A stretch of DNA of 64,000 bases from Candidatus Gastranaerophilales bacterium (GTDB taxonomy: Bacteria > Cyanobacteriota > Vampirovibrionia > Gastranaerophilales > Gastranaerophilaceae), in NCBI GenBank assembly GCA_944324185.1, contig CALUVI010000004.1, positions 190 to 64,189 on the forward strand. Reading direction: 5' to 3'. Shown piece after piece: positions 36,793 through 46,601 of this stretch. Within the stretch, counting starts at the first letter, position 1. Every line of letters starts with the position of its first letter. The position numbers and the translations under genes are program-made. The notes below the pieces were generated by a model. The model was not told the origin of the DNA and searched no databases. It saw nothing but the letters and a program-made list of their open reading frames with translations.

Positions 36793-37986
36793 GTGCAAGT
36801 TCTCTGGAAAAAAGAAATAGAAGAAATTAAAGACAGCGGATATTTGAATAACGATATCTCAATTACTGACGCTTTGATTGAGAATTTCTTTAATGAAATT
36901 TTGTATCCTACAGACAAAGGTCTGCTTCAGCTTGCATTCAGCAAAAATCCTACCCAGCAGGATTTAGACAACCTTTTGAAAGATTTTGATATAGAAGTCA
37001 AAGGCGGAAATAAATCCCTGATGCTTTCTTATTTTATGAAACGCCATCCGGAATTAAATTTCACTGCCTATGAAGGTCCGCGCCTGAAAGGTTTGTTAAA
37101 ATTTTTCAGATTTAAAAACCTTAGCACTATCTCTCATTTTACAAAAATCGGAAGAGAATTGAATAAAGCCGGCATTATTCCGATGCTTTTAAAAGGCGGA
37201 GCAATGAAGTTTTTAAGGCAGGATTTACCGAGAGTAATGAGCGATATTGATATCCTTGTTCCTGAAAAAGACTTGATGAAATGCGCAAAATTAGCAGAAC
37301 CTCTCGGTTACTGGTGGGAAAAAGTTGATATTCATGCAATTGACCTTCATCCGGAAGGAAGCGAAGAAGGTGCTTTAGATGTCCACAAATTCATTTATAT
37401 GGAAACCGGACACGAAAAATCTTTACTCAAAGGACTTTATAAAAGAGCAAGAAAAATTGTTGCATTCGGTGTAAATGCACTTATCCCTTCAAATGAAGAT
37501 TTATTATTTATATCTCTTGTTAACCTTGCAAGAAACCTCAGAAACAAAACCAGTCAGGCAGGACTTTTGTATACTTTGTTTGACTGCAAATATCTGATGG
37601 AGAGCAAGCCGGATTTTGACTGGGATATTGTAAGAGAAAATGCAAGAAAAACACATACGGAAATTCAGATGAATTTTGCAATGAAATTCATTGAAAAAAT
37701 TTCTCCGGATGTTTTGCCGGAGGAAATTAAGCATGACAAGCTTTTTGAAAAAGAAACAAATGAATATTCAAATATGGTAATGTACAACAGATTCTATCTT
37801 GAGGATTTGAGGACAAAATGCAGAGCAATGAAAGTCGGGAATTTATTAAAAAATCCGGAACAAATTCCTGAATACCTTGCACTTAAACCAAAATACTTCT
37901 TATTGAAAAGAATCCGGAAACATCCAAAATTGATTGAATTATTCATCAAAGATTTAAAAACCAGACAGTACGAGTTTACAAAATAA
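36793..37986 (+). CDS. Nucleotidyltransferase family protein (NTP_transf_5-like)
   Basis: PMLLKGGAM...RVMSDIDILVP, LDVHKF; GTG start adjacent to the GT2 stop. Confidence 0.75.
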   Translation: MQVLWKKEIEEIKDSGYLNNDISITDALIENFFNEILYPTDKGLLQLAFSKNPTQQDLDNLLKDFDIEVKGGNKSLMLSYFMKRHPELNFTAYEGPRLKGLLKFFRFKNLSTISHFTKIGRELNKAGIIPMLLKGGAMKFLRQDLPRVMSDIDILVPEKDLMKCAKLAEPLGYWWEKVDIHAIDLHPEGSEEGALDVHKFIYMETGHEKSLLKGLYKRARKIVAFGVNALIPSNEDLLFISLVNLARNLRNKTSQAGLLYTLFDCKYLMESKPDFDWDIVRENARKTHTEIQMNFAMKFIEKISPDVLPEEIKHDKLFEKETNEYSNMVMYNRFYLEDLRTKCRAMKVGNLLKNPEQIPEYLALKPKYFLLKRIRKHPKLIELFIKDLKTRQYEFTK

Positions 37987-37996
37987 GGAAGAATTA

Positions 37997-39523
37997 ATGC
38001 AGTTTAGAGATTTTACAAAAGAAGAAATCAGAAATTGTTTTTCAAATATTGATAAGTATTTGAAAAACAAAGAGAAAAAGTTTATAAAATATGTTGATCT
38101 TGGCTGTACTGTTGTAAGATTAATCGGTTACAGCGAAGAGTTTTTGCCGCATATTGAAAAGCAGTTGACTTTTGTTTTGCGTGACAATGCGCCAAAGTAT
38201 GACGCAACACTTATTTTGTGGAAAGGAACTGATTTTAATACTCTAATTCCGCAGCTTTCGCCCAAATTCAATCCTAAAACCAATCTAAAACTTAGAATTG
38301 ACTGGATTTATGCTAAAAGAAAATCTTTTGACTGGCTTCATGTAATTGATAAAGATTTTTCTAAGACGAAACCTGCAATTGATATTCAGGCGGAAAGAGG
38401 CTTCTTTATCGGAAACGATTTTGAAAAGAATACTTACTATTATGGCGTAAGAAATCTGGAGCCGGAAGAATTTATTAAAGAAGGGCATTTGTTTGTTCAG
38501 TTCTTCAATAATATTTTAAAAACTCCGACCTCGAATCTTGCCCACGGAGCGGTTATCGGACTTAACGGAAACGGAATTTTGATGTGCGCAAGAGGTCAGA
38601 GGGGCAAATCTACTTTGTCTGTACTTTCTATGATTAAAGGTTTTGAATACGTCTCTGATGATTATTTGATTCTGCATAAGAAAGGCAACGAGCTTTTATC
38701 AAGCCCTATCTATTCTATAATCACACTTTCACCTAAGATGTATAACGAATTGTATGATTATCTGGGCGGTTCAAGATTCGTTTCAAATAACGCAAGAAAA
38801 GACAAATACGTGTTTAATATTGCAAATTTCCACGACAGATTCAGAATGAATTACCCGATTAAAATTTGTCTTTTCCCTGAAATTGTATCGGACAAAGAGC
38901 CTTCAATCCATCCGTGCGAAAAAGGAAGGGCAATTTGCCAGTTGATTCACTCAACATTGATGCAGACTCAAGACTTAAACGACAATAAAACCGTCAAAAA
39001 GATGATGGATATGGTTAAAGACTTTGAGTTCTATAAATTCAATCTCTGCTCTGATATTGAAAAGAATACAGAATTCCTGCGTGATTTTATGAATAATCTT
39101 GAAAAACGTGAAAGAAAAACTATCACGGAGGACAAAATTTATCTGGATATAACGTTTGATTTTGCAAATATTCTGAACAGTGAAACCGGAATAATTTATT
39201 CGATGAACAAATTTGCGACAAATGTGTTTGAGAATTTGAAACGCGGCGTTTCGTATGAAGCAGTTAAGGAAGCTTTAAAACAATTTGAAAGCGAAAACGA
39301 AAATATAATAAGAGATTTTGATTTATTTACAGAAGCTCTTGAGGCTAAAGGAATTACGCTTCCGGCTCCTGTTAACGGAGTACAGGCGGAAATTAATGCA
39401 GAATTTGCAAAAGAAGATAATTACCGGCTGTCTTTTGTGGAACATGCAGAAGAAGAATACAGAGAATTAGTGAAAGTAAAAGAAATAAATAAGGAGAATA
39501 AAAATGAATTATGTGTTAAATGA
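37997..39523 (+). CDS. HPr kinase-like P-loop kinase fused to a C-terminal PqqD/RRE-like domain
   Basis: AHGAVIG, ARGQRGKST, YVSDDY; C-terminus aligns with the downstream PqqD-like protein (NSETGI.Y.(M/L)N...T.V(F/Y)ENL..G.S). Confidence 0.75.
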   Translation: MQFRDFTKEEIRNCFSNIDKYLKNKEKKFIKYVDLGCTVVRLIGYSEEFLPHIEKQLTFVLRDNAPKYDATLILWKGTDFNTLIPQLSPKFNPKTNLKLRIDWIYAKRKSFDWLHVIDKDFSKTKPAIDIQAERGFFIGNDFEKNTYYYGVRNLEPEEFIKEGHLFVQFFNNILKTPTSNLAHGAVIGLNGNGILMCARGQRGKSTLSVLSMIKGFEYVSDDYLILHKKGNELLSSPIYSIITLSPKMYNELYDYLGGSRFVSNNARKDKYVFNIANFHDRFRMNYPIKICLFPEIVSDKEPSIHPCEKGRAICQLIHSTLMQTQDLNDNKTVKKMMDMVKDFEFYKFNLCSDIEKNTEFLRDFMNNLEKRERKTITEDKIYLDITFDFANILNSETGIIYSMNKFATNVFENLKRGVSYEAVKEALKQFESENENIIRDFDLFTEALEAKGITLPAPVNGVQAEINAEFAKEDNYRLSFVEHAEEEYRELVKVKEINKENKNELCVK

Positions 39524-39974
39524 AGAAAAAATGTTTGCTGATGTAACAGACGGCATTGCAATTATTATTAACTCTGAAACAGGGATATACTACGGCTTAA
39601 ACGGTCTTGGGACAGCGGTTTACGAAAATCTTATGAACGGCGCAAGCGTTGAGAGCATTCTTTCTGCACTCAAAGGCTTATCAGGCGCTCCTGCTGACAT
39701 TGAGGCAAGATTAAACAAATTCATTAAAGATATGGTTGATGCGGAATTGATTATCGAAGGTTCTGCTTCTGATTCAGCGGCAAGCATTGATTCTTCTATT
39801 GCTTCAGAAGATAACTTTGAAATGGAATCTAAAGCTTATGATGACGCTCAGGAACTGTTGTTAGCCGATCCTATCCACGAAGTTAAAGAAGAAACCGGCT
39901 GGACTCCTGAAAAGGATTCAATCGGCTACACAAAAGAAGAAACCCGTGAAAGAGAACAAAAAGTCGAAGCCTAG
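39504..39974 (+). CDS. PqqD/RRE-family protein with acidic C-terminal extension (LLLADPIHEV..ETGW)
   Basis: Three strands + three helices pattern: AIIINSETGIYYGLNGLGTAVYENL...FIKDMVDAELI. Confidence 0.75.
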   Translation: MNYVLNEEKMFADVTDGIAIIINSETGIYYGLNGLGTAVYENLMNGASVESILSALKGLSGAPADIEARLNKFIKDMVDAELIIEGSASDSAASIDSSIASEDNFEMESKAYDDAQELLLADPIHEVKEETGWTPEKDSIGYTKEETREREQKVEA

Positions 39975-40445
39975 GGGGTAAATGTATCGGGGTTGATAGT
40001 AATACTACAAGCTTGATATCATTACAAAGAATAATTCCCTAAACCAAGTCAGCCTTTGCCCCCCTTGCGGAGCACCAAAGGGGGGTAAATGTATTAGGCT
40101 GGTAAGTCTCTCTACCAGTTTGGCGTAAATGCATTTAGCGAGGAAGAAATCCTGCCGGCTTAATATTAATACCTTAGAAAGCAGACTTCCGGCTTGGCGC
40201 AACCCTCCCTGATGAGGGAGGGCAGGGTGGGTGCCAGCAAGAGTAATGACAATTGAATAAAACTCACGCACAAAAACAGTAGTAATACGTCATTGCGAGG
40301 GAATAACCAATACAGCCCGAAGCAATCAAAAATGAATAATAAACTTTTCCCCCGCCCCTTGTGGGAGGGGGCAGGGGGAGGGGTAAAACAATCACCCATC
40401 CTAACCTTCCCTCAAAAGGGAAGGAAGGCGCAAAACCAGACACAG
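39975..40445. repeat. Second mosaic of REP-like palindromes
   Basis: GGGGTAAATGTAT units, CCCTCCCT-GATG-AGGGAGGG, family B copy, CCATCCTAACCTTCCC (also at 27839). Confidence 0.75.
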
Positions 40446-40478
40446 GCAAGCGTAAGAAAACAATAACAGGAGAACAAA

Positions 40479-42944
40479 GTGCCAAAAGTATCAGTAATCA
40501 TACCGGTTTATAACACAGAGAATTATCTCAGAAAATGCCTTGATAGCGTTTGTAACCAAACATTGAAGGACATTGAGATAATCTGTATTAATGATTGTTC
40601 TCCGGACGGCTGCCTTGAAATCTTGAAAGAGTACGCATCAAAGGATGAAAGAATTAAAATAATCGACTTCAAAGAAAACAAAGGCGCCGCCTGCGCCCGC
40701 AACGCCGGCATCGATACTGCCCAAGGCGAATACATTGCTTTTTTAGACAGCGACGATTATCCAGAAGAAAACAATTTTTATGAGACGCTTTACATAAAAG
40801 CTAAAGAAACTGGTGCAGATATCGTAAAGGGAGCTTATAAAGATTCTGAAACCGGATATATTGATGAAACAATAAATAATAAAATAAAAGAAGATAAAAA
40901 CAATTTTTGTTCAACATATTGTAGTGCAATTTTTGACTCAAAATTAATTAAAATTAATAATATCAAATTCCCTTTGTTACGAGATATGGAAGACCCTGTA
41001 TTTGCGTTTAAAACCGCATTAAAAGCAAATACAGTAGAAATTATAGACAATTGCTATGTTATTATAGTAAAAAGGTCCGATTCAATTACCTCAAAAACAC
41101 CATCACTCGATGTCCTCAATGATAAAATTTACGGACTAAAAGAGATATGCAATATGGCTACAAGTATTAATAATGGTTTTGTAATCGCAAATTGGTTTTC
41201 TACAACTATACAAGATATGCAAAAAAATAATTGTCAAAAGATTGTTACTCCTATTTTACAAGAATTAGTACACCTTTTTCATAAAATCAAAGATATTCAA
41301 AATTTCAAAACTCGCCTTGAAGAAATATACCCGCATTTATATGATCATTTTTCTCAAATTTATATAAATGAATTCTTTAATATAAAGTCATTAATAGAAA
41401 AAATTGATAACGCTGAGATAATTTCTTTTGACATATTTGATACATTATTGTTAAGACCTTTCATAAAACCTACAGATTTATTTAATTATATAGAGAAATA
41501 TTATAATGCTACAGGGTATTGCTATGAGAGAATTATGGCAGAAAAAAAAGTTCGTCTCGTTAAGTCTTTGAAAAAAAATAATGACGAAGTTTCTCTTGAT
41601 GAAATCTACTCTAAAATGCCCCAAGAATATCATAATTATAAAAAAATAGAAATTGAAATAGAAACTAAGCTATTACAACCTAATAATGAAATGTTAGAAA
41701 TATTTAATTATGCTAGAAAACATAATAAAACAGTAATTATTACATCTGATATGTACCTACCAACCTCAATACTTATAGAAATTTTACACCAGAAAGGATT
41801 TAAGTATTTTGACAGTATATATGTTTCTTCTGAAATAAGAAAAACGAAAGCCTCAGGTGAAATCTTTCAACATATTATTAAAGACTTTGATATTGCGCCA
41901 AATAAAATTTTACATATTGGTGATAATTATAATTCTGATGTAATCATGCCTAAAGCATTTGGAATAGAATCTTTTTATTACCCAAAAGTAATAAAAAGAT
42001 TTATGCAAGTACCAGCAAATACGCGCTTATTAAAATTTTATAATTTAACTAACAAATCTCTCACTGCAAGTATCATTTTAGGGTTGAGAATTCTTAATTG
42101 GCAAAATAATGAATTTAAAAATTATTGGGAATCCATTGGATATAATTTGGGTGGAATCTTATGTACAGAATTTGTTAAATCTTCTATTGAAATCGCAAAA
42201 AATCAAAACATTACAGACTTACTATTCATTGCTAGAGATGGTTTTGTATTAAATAAAATATATAATTATTTTGCAACAAATAATATACAAAACCATTACG
42301 TTTATGCTTCTCGAAAGTTAAGAAGCTTATGCTTGGAAGAATCCGAAAATTATAACACTCGTAGCGACTTTGAATACAAAAAATACATCAATCATTTACA
42401 AGTTGATGATAAAATTATAGGTATTGTCGATTCTTGTGCAATTGTTTCGTTTTCTGCTCAAACATTATTAAGCAAATATTTAAATCGTAACAATTTATAT
42501 GGCATATATTTAGTGTCTGGTATAAATTATAAATATAAATATTTTAATTTGACTAATACTCCTATAGAAGTTCATCTAAAAACTCTTAATTGGGACTTGA
42601 TAGAATTGTTATTAACAAGTCCAGAAAATCCTATTATAGATATTTTAAATTGTAACCCTGTTTATTCAAAAGAAAATATAAATGAAAATAAACGTCATGA
42701 ATTCTTTGAAGACATTTTTAATGGAGAACTCGCATTTGTAAAAGATTTTTGTAAAATTTTTGGCAAAAATAGCCCTTGCTTGTCTATTCAAGAAATATTT
42801 ACATATTTGTCTAATTTTTGGCAAAACATAGATAATACTGACAAATGCTATTTATATCAAGTTCCGCACGCACAAGACATTAAACAAGAAAAGTATAAAC
42901 CATTGCTTACTCAAACAAGATTAAAGGAAAAACTAAATGCATAA
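40479..42944 (+). CDS. GT2 glycosyltransferase fused to a HAD-superfamily hydrolase
   Basis: N-terminal KVSVIIPVYN/FLDSDD; HAD motifs ISFDIFDTLL, ITSDMY, HIGDNYNSDV. Confidence 0.85.
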   Translation: MPKVSVIIPVYNTENYLRKCLDSVCNQTLKDIEIICINDCSPDGCLEILKEYASKDERIKIIDFKENKGAACARNAGIDTAQGEYIAFLDSDDYPEENNFYETLYIKAKETGADIVKGAYKDSETGYIDETINNKIKEDKNNFCSTYCSAIFDSKLIKINNIKFPLLRDMEDPVFAFKTALKANTVEIIDNCYVIIVKRSDSITSKTPSLDVLNDKIYGLKEICNMATSINNGFVIANWFSTTIQDMQKNNCQKIVTPILQELVHLFHKIKDIQNFKTRLEEIYPHLYDHFSQIYINEFFNIKSLIEKIDNAEIISFDIFDTLLLRPFIKPTDLFNYIEKYYNATGYCYERIMAEKKVRLVKSLKKNNDEVSLDEIYSKMPQEYHNYKKIEIEIETKLLQPNNEMLEIFNYARKHNKTVIITSDMYLPTSILIEILHQKGFKYFDSIYVSSEIRKTKASGEIFQHIIKDFDIAPNKILHIGDNYNSDVIMPKAFGIESFYYPKVIKRFMQVPANTRLLKFYNLTNKSLTASIILGLRILNWQNNEFKNYWESIGYNLGGILCTEFVKSSIEIAKNQNITDLLFIARDGFVLNKIYNYFATNNIQNHYVYASRKLRSLCLEESENYNTRSDFEYKKYINHLQVDDKIIGIVDSCAIVSFSAQTLLSKYLNRNNLYGIYLVSGINYKYKYFNLTNTPIEVHLKTLNWDLIELLLTSPENPIIDILNCNPVYSKENINENKRHEFFEDIFNGELAFVKDFCKIFGKNSPCLSIQEIFTYLSNFWQNIDNTDKCYLYQVPHAQDIKQEKYKPLLTQTRLKEKLNA

Positions 42945-43947
42945 AAAAGTTTCTATAATCATTCCAATATATAATGTTGAACAATATTTAGAAAAATGTT
43001 TAAATAGTGTAATTCATCAAACTTACAAAAATTTAGAAATAATTTGTGTTAATGATTGTTCTCCTGATAATTCTCAAAAAATAATAGAAAGATATAAAAA
43101 GCTTGATAGTAGAATAATCATCTGCAATAGAACTAATAACGGTGGTTTGTCAACAGCAAGAAATACAGGACTTAAAATTGCGACAGGAGAGTTTATATAT
43201 TTTCTTGATTCTGATGACTGGATTGATTTAGATTACATTGAGAAAATGTTACATGCTGCAATAGAAAGTCAAGCAGAAGTAGTATTAAATACAAATATAC
43301 AAGTCCATAATAAAAATTTACCACCTGAACAACATTTCCCTGACAGAACATACAACAACATTACTCATAAATTTATTGATGCAAAACCTGCAATATTAAA
43401 TATTATTTGGAATACTTGGGCTCACTTATGGAAAAAAACTTTTTTAGATAGAATAAATGCTCATTTCCCTGATGGATATATAATTGAGGATCAATATTTT
43501 CAAGCAATAACATATGCTTACCTAGATAAAATATACGTTATAAGAGATAGCACCTATCATTATTTAATAAGAAAAACTAGTATTACTGGCACCCTAAAAA
43601 CAGATTCATTTTCTGCAAATTTAAATATATTGAATAAAATCTATGATTTCTATATAAAAAATAATTTATTCGACAAAATAGATGTCAGGATGATAACTGA
43701 ATGGATATTACCTCAATATGATGAAAATAGAGCGTATCAAATAAAAAAAGTGCGGCTATATTTTCTTAAAATTGCGCCAATGGTAAACAGGACACGCAAC
43801 ATGTATAACAAATTTGAGTTAAAATTATTTGATGATATTGTAAATAATAATCCTTGCGCATTAACACTTAACTACTTTAATTTGTACGTTATTGACAAAT
43901 TAAGAGAAAAAATGAAGCAAAATAAAGGAGTTGCTATACATGGCTAA
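42937..43947 (+). CDS. Glycosyltransferase family 2
   Basis: KVSIIIPIYN, VNDCSPD, STARNTG, FLDSDDW, IEDQYF. Confidence 0.92.
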   Translation: MHKKVSIIIPIYNVEQYLEKCLNSVIHQTYKNLEIICVNDCSPDNSQKIIERYKKLDSRIIICNRTNNGGLSTARNTGLKIATGEFIYFLDSDDWIDLDYIEKMLHAAIESQAEVVLNTNIQVHNKNLPPEQHFPDRTYNNITHKFIDAKPAILNIIWNTWAHLWKKTFLDRINAHFPDGYIIEDQYFQAITYAYLDKIYVIRDSTYHYLIRKTSITGTLKTDSFSANLNILNKIYDFYIKNNLFDKIDVRMITEWILPQYDENRAYQIKKVRLYFLKIAPMVNRTRNMYNKFELKLFDDIVNNNPCALTLNYFNLYVIDKLREKMKQNKGVAIHG

Positions 43948-44824
43948 TATACCCATTTTCTTATCATCAGATAACAACTATGCGCCATTTGTCGCAACAA
44001 CAATTGCAAGTATTTGCGACAATACGGAATCTTTTTGCAGATTTTATATTCTTGATAGCGGCATCAGTATAGAAAATCAGCGCAAAATTATAAGTCTTAA
44101 TGAAACATTTAATAATTTTTCTATAGAGTTCATTAAATTTGATATATATTCTTATTTAAGTGATTTTGAGTATATAAATCAAGCTTCACACGTTTCAATT
44201 TCTACTTATAACAGATTTTTTATAAGCAATCTAAAACCTAAATTTGAAAATGTTCTTTATTTGGACGTAGATTTAATTGCAACAGGTGACATACAAGAAC
44301 TTTTCAGTCAGCACATAGAAAAAACTGTTGGCTGGGTAACTGATGAGAGCAGCAATGATATAATAGAAAATTTCAAAAAAGATTTCGGACTTAATTTCTA
44401 TTTTAATGCCGGTGTAATGTTAATTAATCTAAAAAAATGGCAAGAAAATAATTATACTTCTAAAGCTTTACAATTTGAAAAATTAAACCGAAGTAAAATT
44501 AATTTTGCGGATCAGGACATTTTGAATGTTATTCTAAAAGAGGACTCTGTAAAACTTAATAGTAAATTTAATGTGCAAATATCTGGAAATGGAATTATAA
44601 GACATTTTGTTAATGTATATAAACCCTGGAAAGTTAATTATTTTAAAATAGGAAATCAAATAAAACCGCTTGCAGACTTTGATACATTTTGGAAATATGC
44701 CCAAATGACACCTTTTTATGAAGAATTAAAAGAAAATTATGAAAAAAGCATAAACAGTAGCGTTTTAAATAAAAGAATGAGCATTTTTGTCAATAAAATG
44801 AAAGGCAAGGAATTAATATTATGA
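43940..44824 (+). CDS. Glycosyltransferase family 8
   Basis: IPIFLSSDNNYAP, TYNRFFI, LYLDVDL, YFNAGVMLINL, DQDILN, HF...KPW. Confidence 0.9.
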   Translation: MANIPIFLSSDNNYAPFVATTIASICDNTESFCRFYILDSGISIENQRKIISLNETFNNFSIEFIKFDIYSYLSDFEYINQASHVSISTYNRFFISNLKPKFENVLYLDVDLIATGDIQELFSQHIEKTVGWVTDESSNDIIENFKKDFGLNFYFNAGVMLINLKKWQENNYTSKALQFEKLNRSKINFADQDILNVILKEDSVKLNSKFNVQISGNGIIRHFVNVYKPWKVNYFKIGNQIKPLADFDTFWKYAQMTPFYEELKENYEKSINSSVLNKRMSIFVNKMKGKELIL

Positions 44825-45795
44825 GAAAAAAATATTTAAAAATGATCTTTAATACAGAGGTTAAACTATCTAAAAAAAAATACTGGTACGAAAATTTAGG
44901 ATTTAACTTCTTTTACTATTATCTCAAAATTAGAAGTTTCTTTTCAAAAAAAGATTCCATTATTCACTTCGTATATGAAACAAATACTCAATGTACATTA
45001 CGTTGCAAAGAATGTCATTCGTATATGCCTTATTTTACTAAAGAAGCACATTATATGACTAATTTTGAAACATTCAAGGCGGAAATAGATAAATTATTAA
45101 AAAGTGTTGATTTAATTGTTAGTTTTAGGCTTCAAGGCGGAGAAACACTATTAGTAAAAGATTTAGCCAAAATGGTCGAATATGTTTGTAGCAAAAAACA
45201 GATTCTACATATACAGATAATTTCAAATGGTACAATTATACCATCAGAAGAATTAATCAAAGCTATGCAAAACCCTAAAGTCTTACTCAGTCTTTCTGAT
45301 TATAGTATAAATAAAAAACTTACAAGCAGACTGAAATATGATGAAATATTACAAATTTGCAAAGACAATAATATTGATGCAAAACACTGGCTTACCAAAG
45401 CCGGTGATAGCTGGGTTAACAGAAATTATATTAGTAATGAAAATCTAAAAGACAGAGAGCTTGCTATTAAAAACTTGGCAGCATGCCATTGTTTTGGCTA
45501 TCCCAAATGCTTGATTTTATTCAAAGGAAAACTTTATATTTGTGCTCCGGCTGTATATTTTGCATCAACAAATCCTGATTTTTATATTCCGGAAGGAGAT
45601 GTCATCGATGTAATGAATACTCCACAAAAACTTCTAACCAAGTGGGTTAAGGAATTTAATCAAAAAAAATATTTTGACTTATGCAGCCGCTGCAATGCCG
45701 CAGAAAATGTAAATGTAAGAACCCAACCCGGCGTGCAGTTGGAAGAGACTCAAACCCTTGTCGCCGTAGAGAGTAATCCTGCTAAAAGCATATAG
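44821..45795 (+). CDS. Radical SAM protein with Cys-containing C-terminal region
   Basis: CTLRCKEC (CxxxCxxC), QGGETLL, ISNGT, later C-H-C..C..C and CSRC. Confidence 0.85.
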   Translation: MRKKYLKMIFNTEVKLSKKKYWYENLGFNFFYYYLKIRSFFSKKDSIIHFVYETNTQCTLRCKECHSYMPYFTKEAHYMTNFETFKAEIDKLLKSVDLIVSFRLQGGETLLVKDLAKMVEYVCSKKQILHIQIISNGTIIPSEELIKAMQNPKVLLSLSDYSINKKLTSRLKYDEILQICKDNNIDAKHWLTKAGDSWVNRNYISNENLKDRELAIKNLAACHCFGYPKCLILFKGKLYICAPAVYFASTNPDFYIPEGDVIDVMNTPQKLLTKWVKEFNQKKYFDLCSRCNAAENVNVRTQPGVQLEETQTLVAVESNPAKSI

Positions 45796-46551
45796 TTACA
45801 GAAAGGTTGCATAGTCAATGTATAATAATTTAATATCAATAATCATTCCCGTGAGAAATGGAGCTAATTATCTTAAAGAAGCCATTGATGGGATAAAAAA
45901 ACAAAATATGGACGTAGAGATTATCGTAGTGGATGACGGGTCTACTGACAATACCTTTGAGCTTGCGAAAAGTTTGGGCTGCAATGTTATTAGAAATTCT
46001 GAATCCGAAGGACCGGTCAAGGCGAAAAATAAAGCTATCATTGCTTCTAATGGAGACTTTATTATGTTTCACGACCATGATGATGTTATGAATCCGGATT
46101 CACTTAGGATGATGTTTGAAGAATTACAAGCCGATGAGACATTGTCTGCTGTTATGTGCAAGGTTAAAGACTTTGTGTCACCGGAGATTCCGGAAGAAGA
46201 AAAACAAAAAACTGCTGTTAAGCCGGAGCCCTATTACGGTTTATTTACAGGAGCCGTTCTTATGCGACGGGAAATTTTTGACAAAATCGGGCTTTTTGAT
46301 GAATCAGTAACTGCCGGAGAGATTATTGACTGGCAGACAAAAATGGATAAAAACGGGCTAAAAATTAAGAAATTGGATTTAGTTTCAACAAACCGCCGGT
46401 TGCATACAAGCAACTTCGGTAAAACCCAGCAGAAAAAAGAGTTTAAGGATTATGCAAGTTTACTTAGAGCTAAATTAAGGAAGTAAAAAATGAATGATTA
46501 CATGCAAAATAAGACATTTAAAACGGCTCAAACCCTTGTCGCCGTAGAGAG
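45749..46551. repeat. 25-bp perfect direct repeat CTCAAACCCTTGTCGCCGTAGAGAG (45749-45773, 46527-46551) flanking a GT2 gene
   Basis: Exact match read from the sequence. Confidence 0.9.
45818..46486 (+). CDS. Glycosyltransferase family 2 (short GT-A)
   Basis: ISIIIPVRNG, VDDGSTD, FHDHDD, GAVLMRREIFDKIGLFDE. Confidence 0.9.
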   Translation: MYNNLISIIIPVRNGANYLKEAIDGIKKQNMDVEIIVVDDGSTDNTFELAKSLGCNVIRNSESEGPVKAKNKAIIASNGDFIMFHDHDDVMNPDSLRMMFEELQADETLSAVMCKVKDFVSPEIPEEEKQKTAVKPEPYYGLFTGAVLMRREIFDKIGLFDESVTAGEIIDWQTKMDKNGLKIKKLDLVSTNRRLHTSNFGKTQQKKEFKDYASLLRAKLRK

Positions 46552-46601
46552 AGAGTAACCTCCCTAGTTGAATTTGAAATCAGATATAAGGAGGCTGCAT
46601 A

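Noticed and set aside
36793-39974. Complete lasso peptide biosynthetic cluster
   Set aside because: No lasso cyclase, B2 peptidase or precursor ORF is seen nearby
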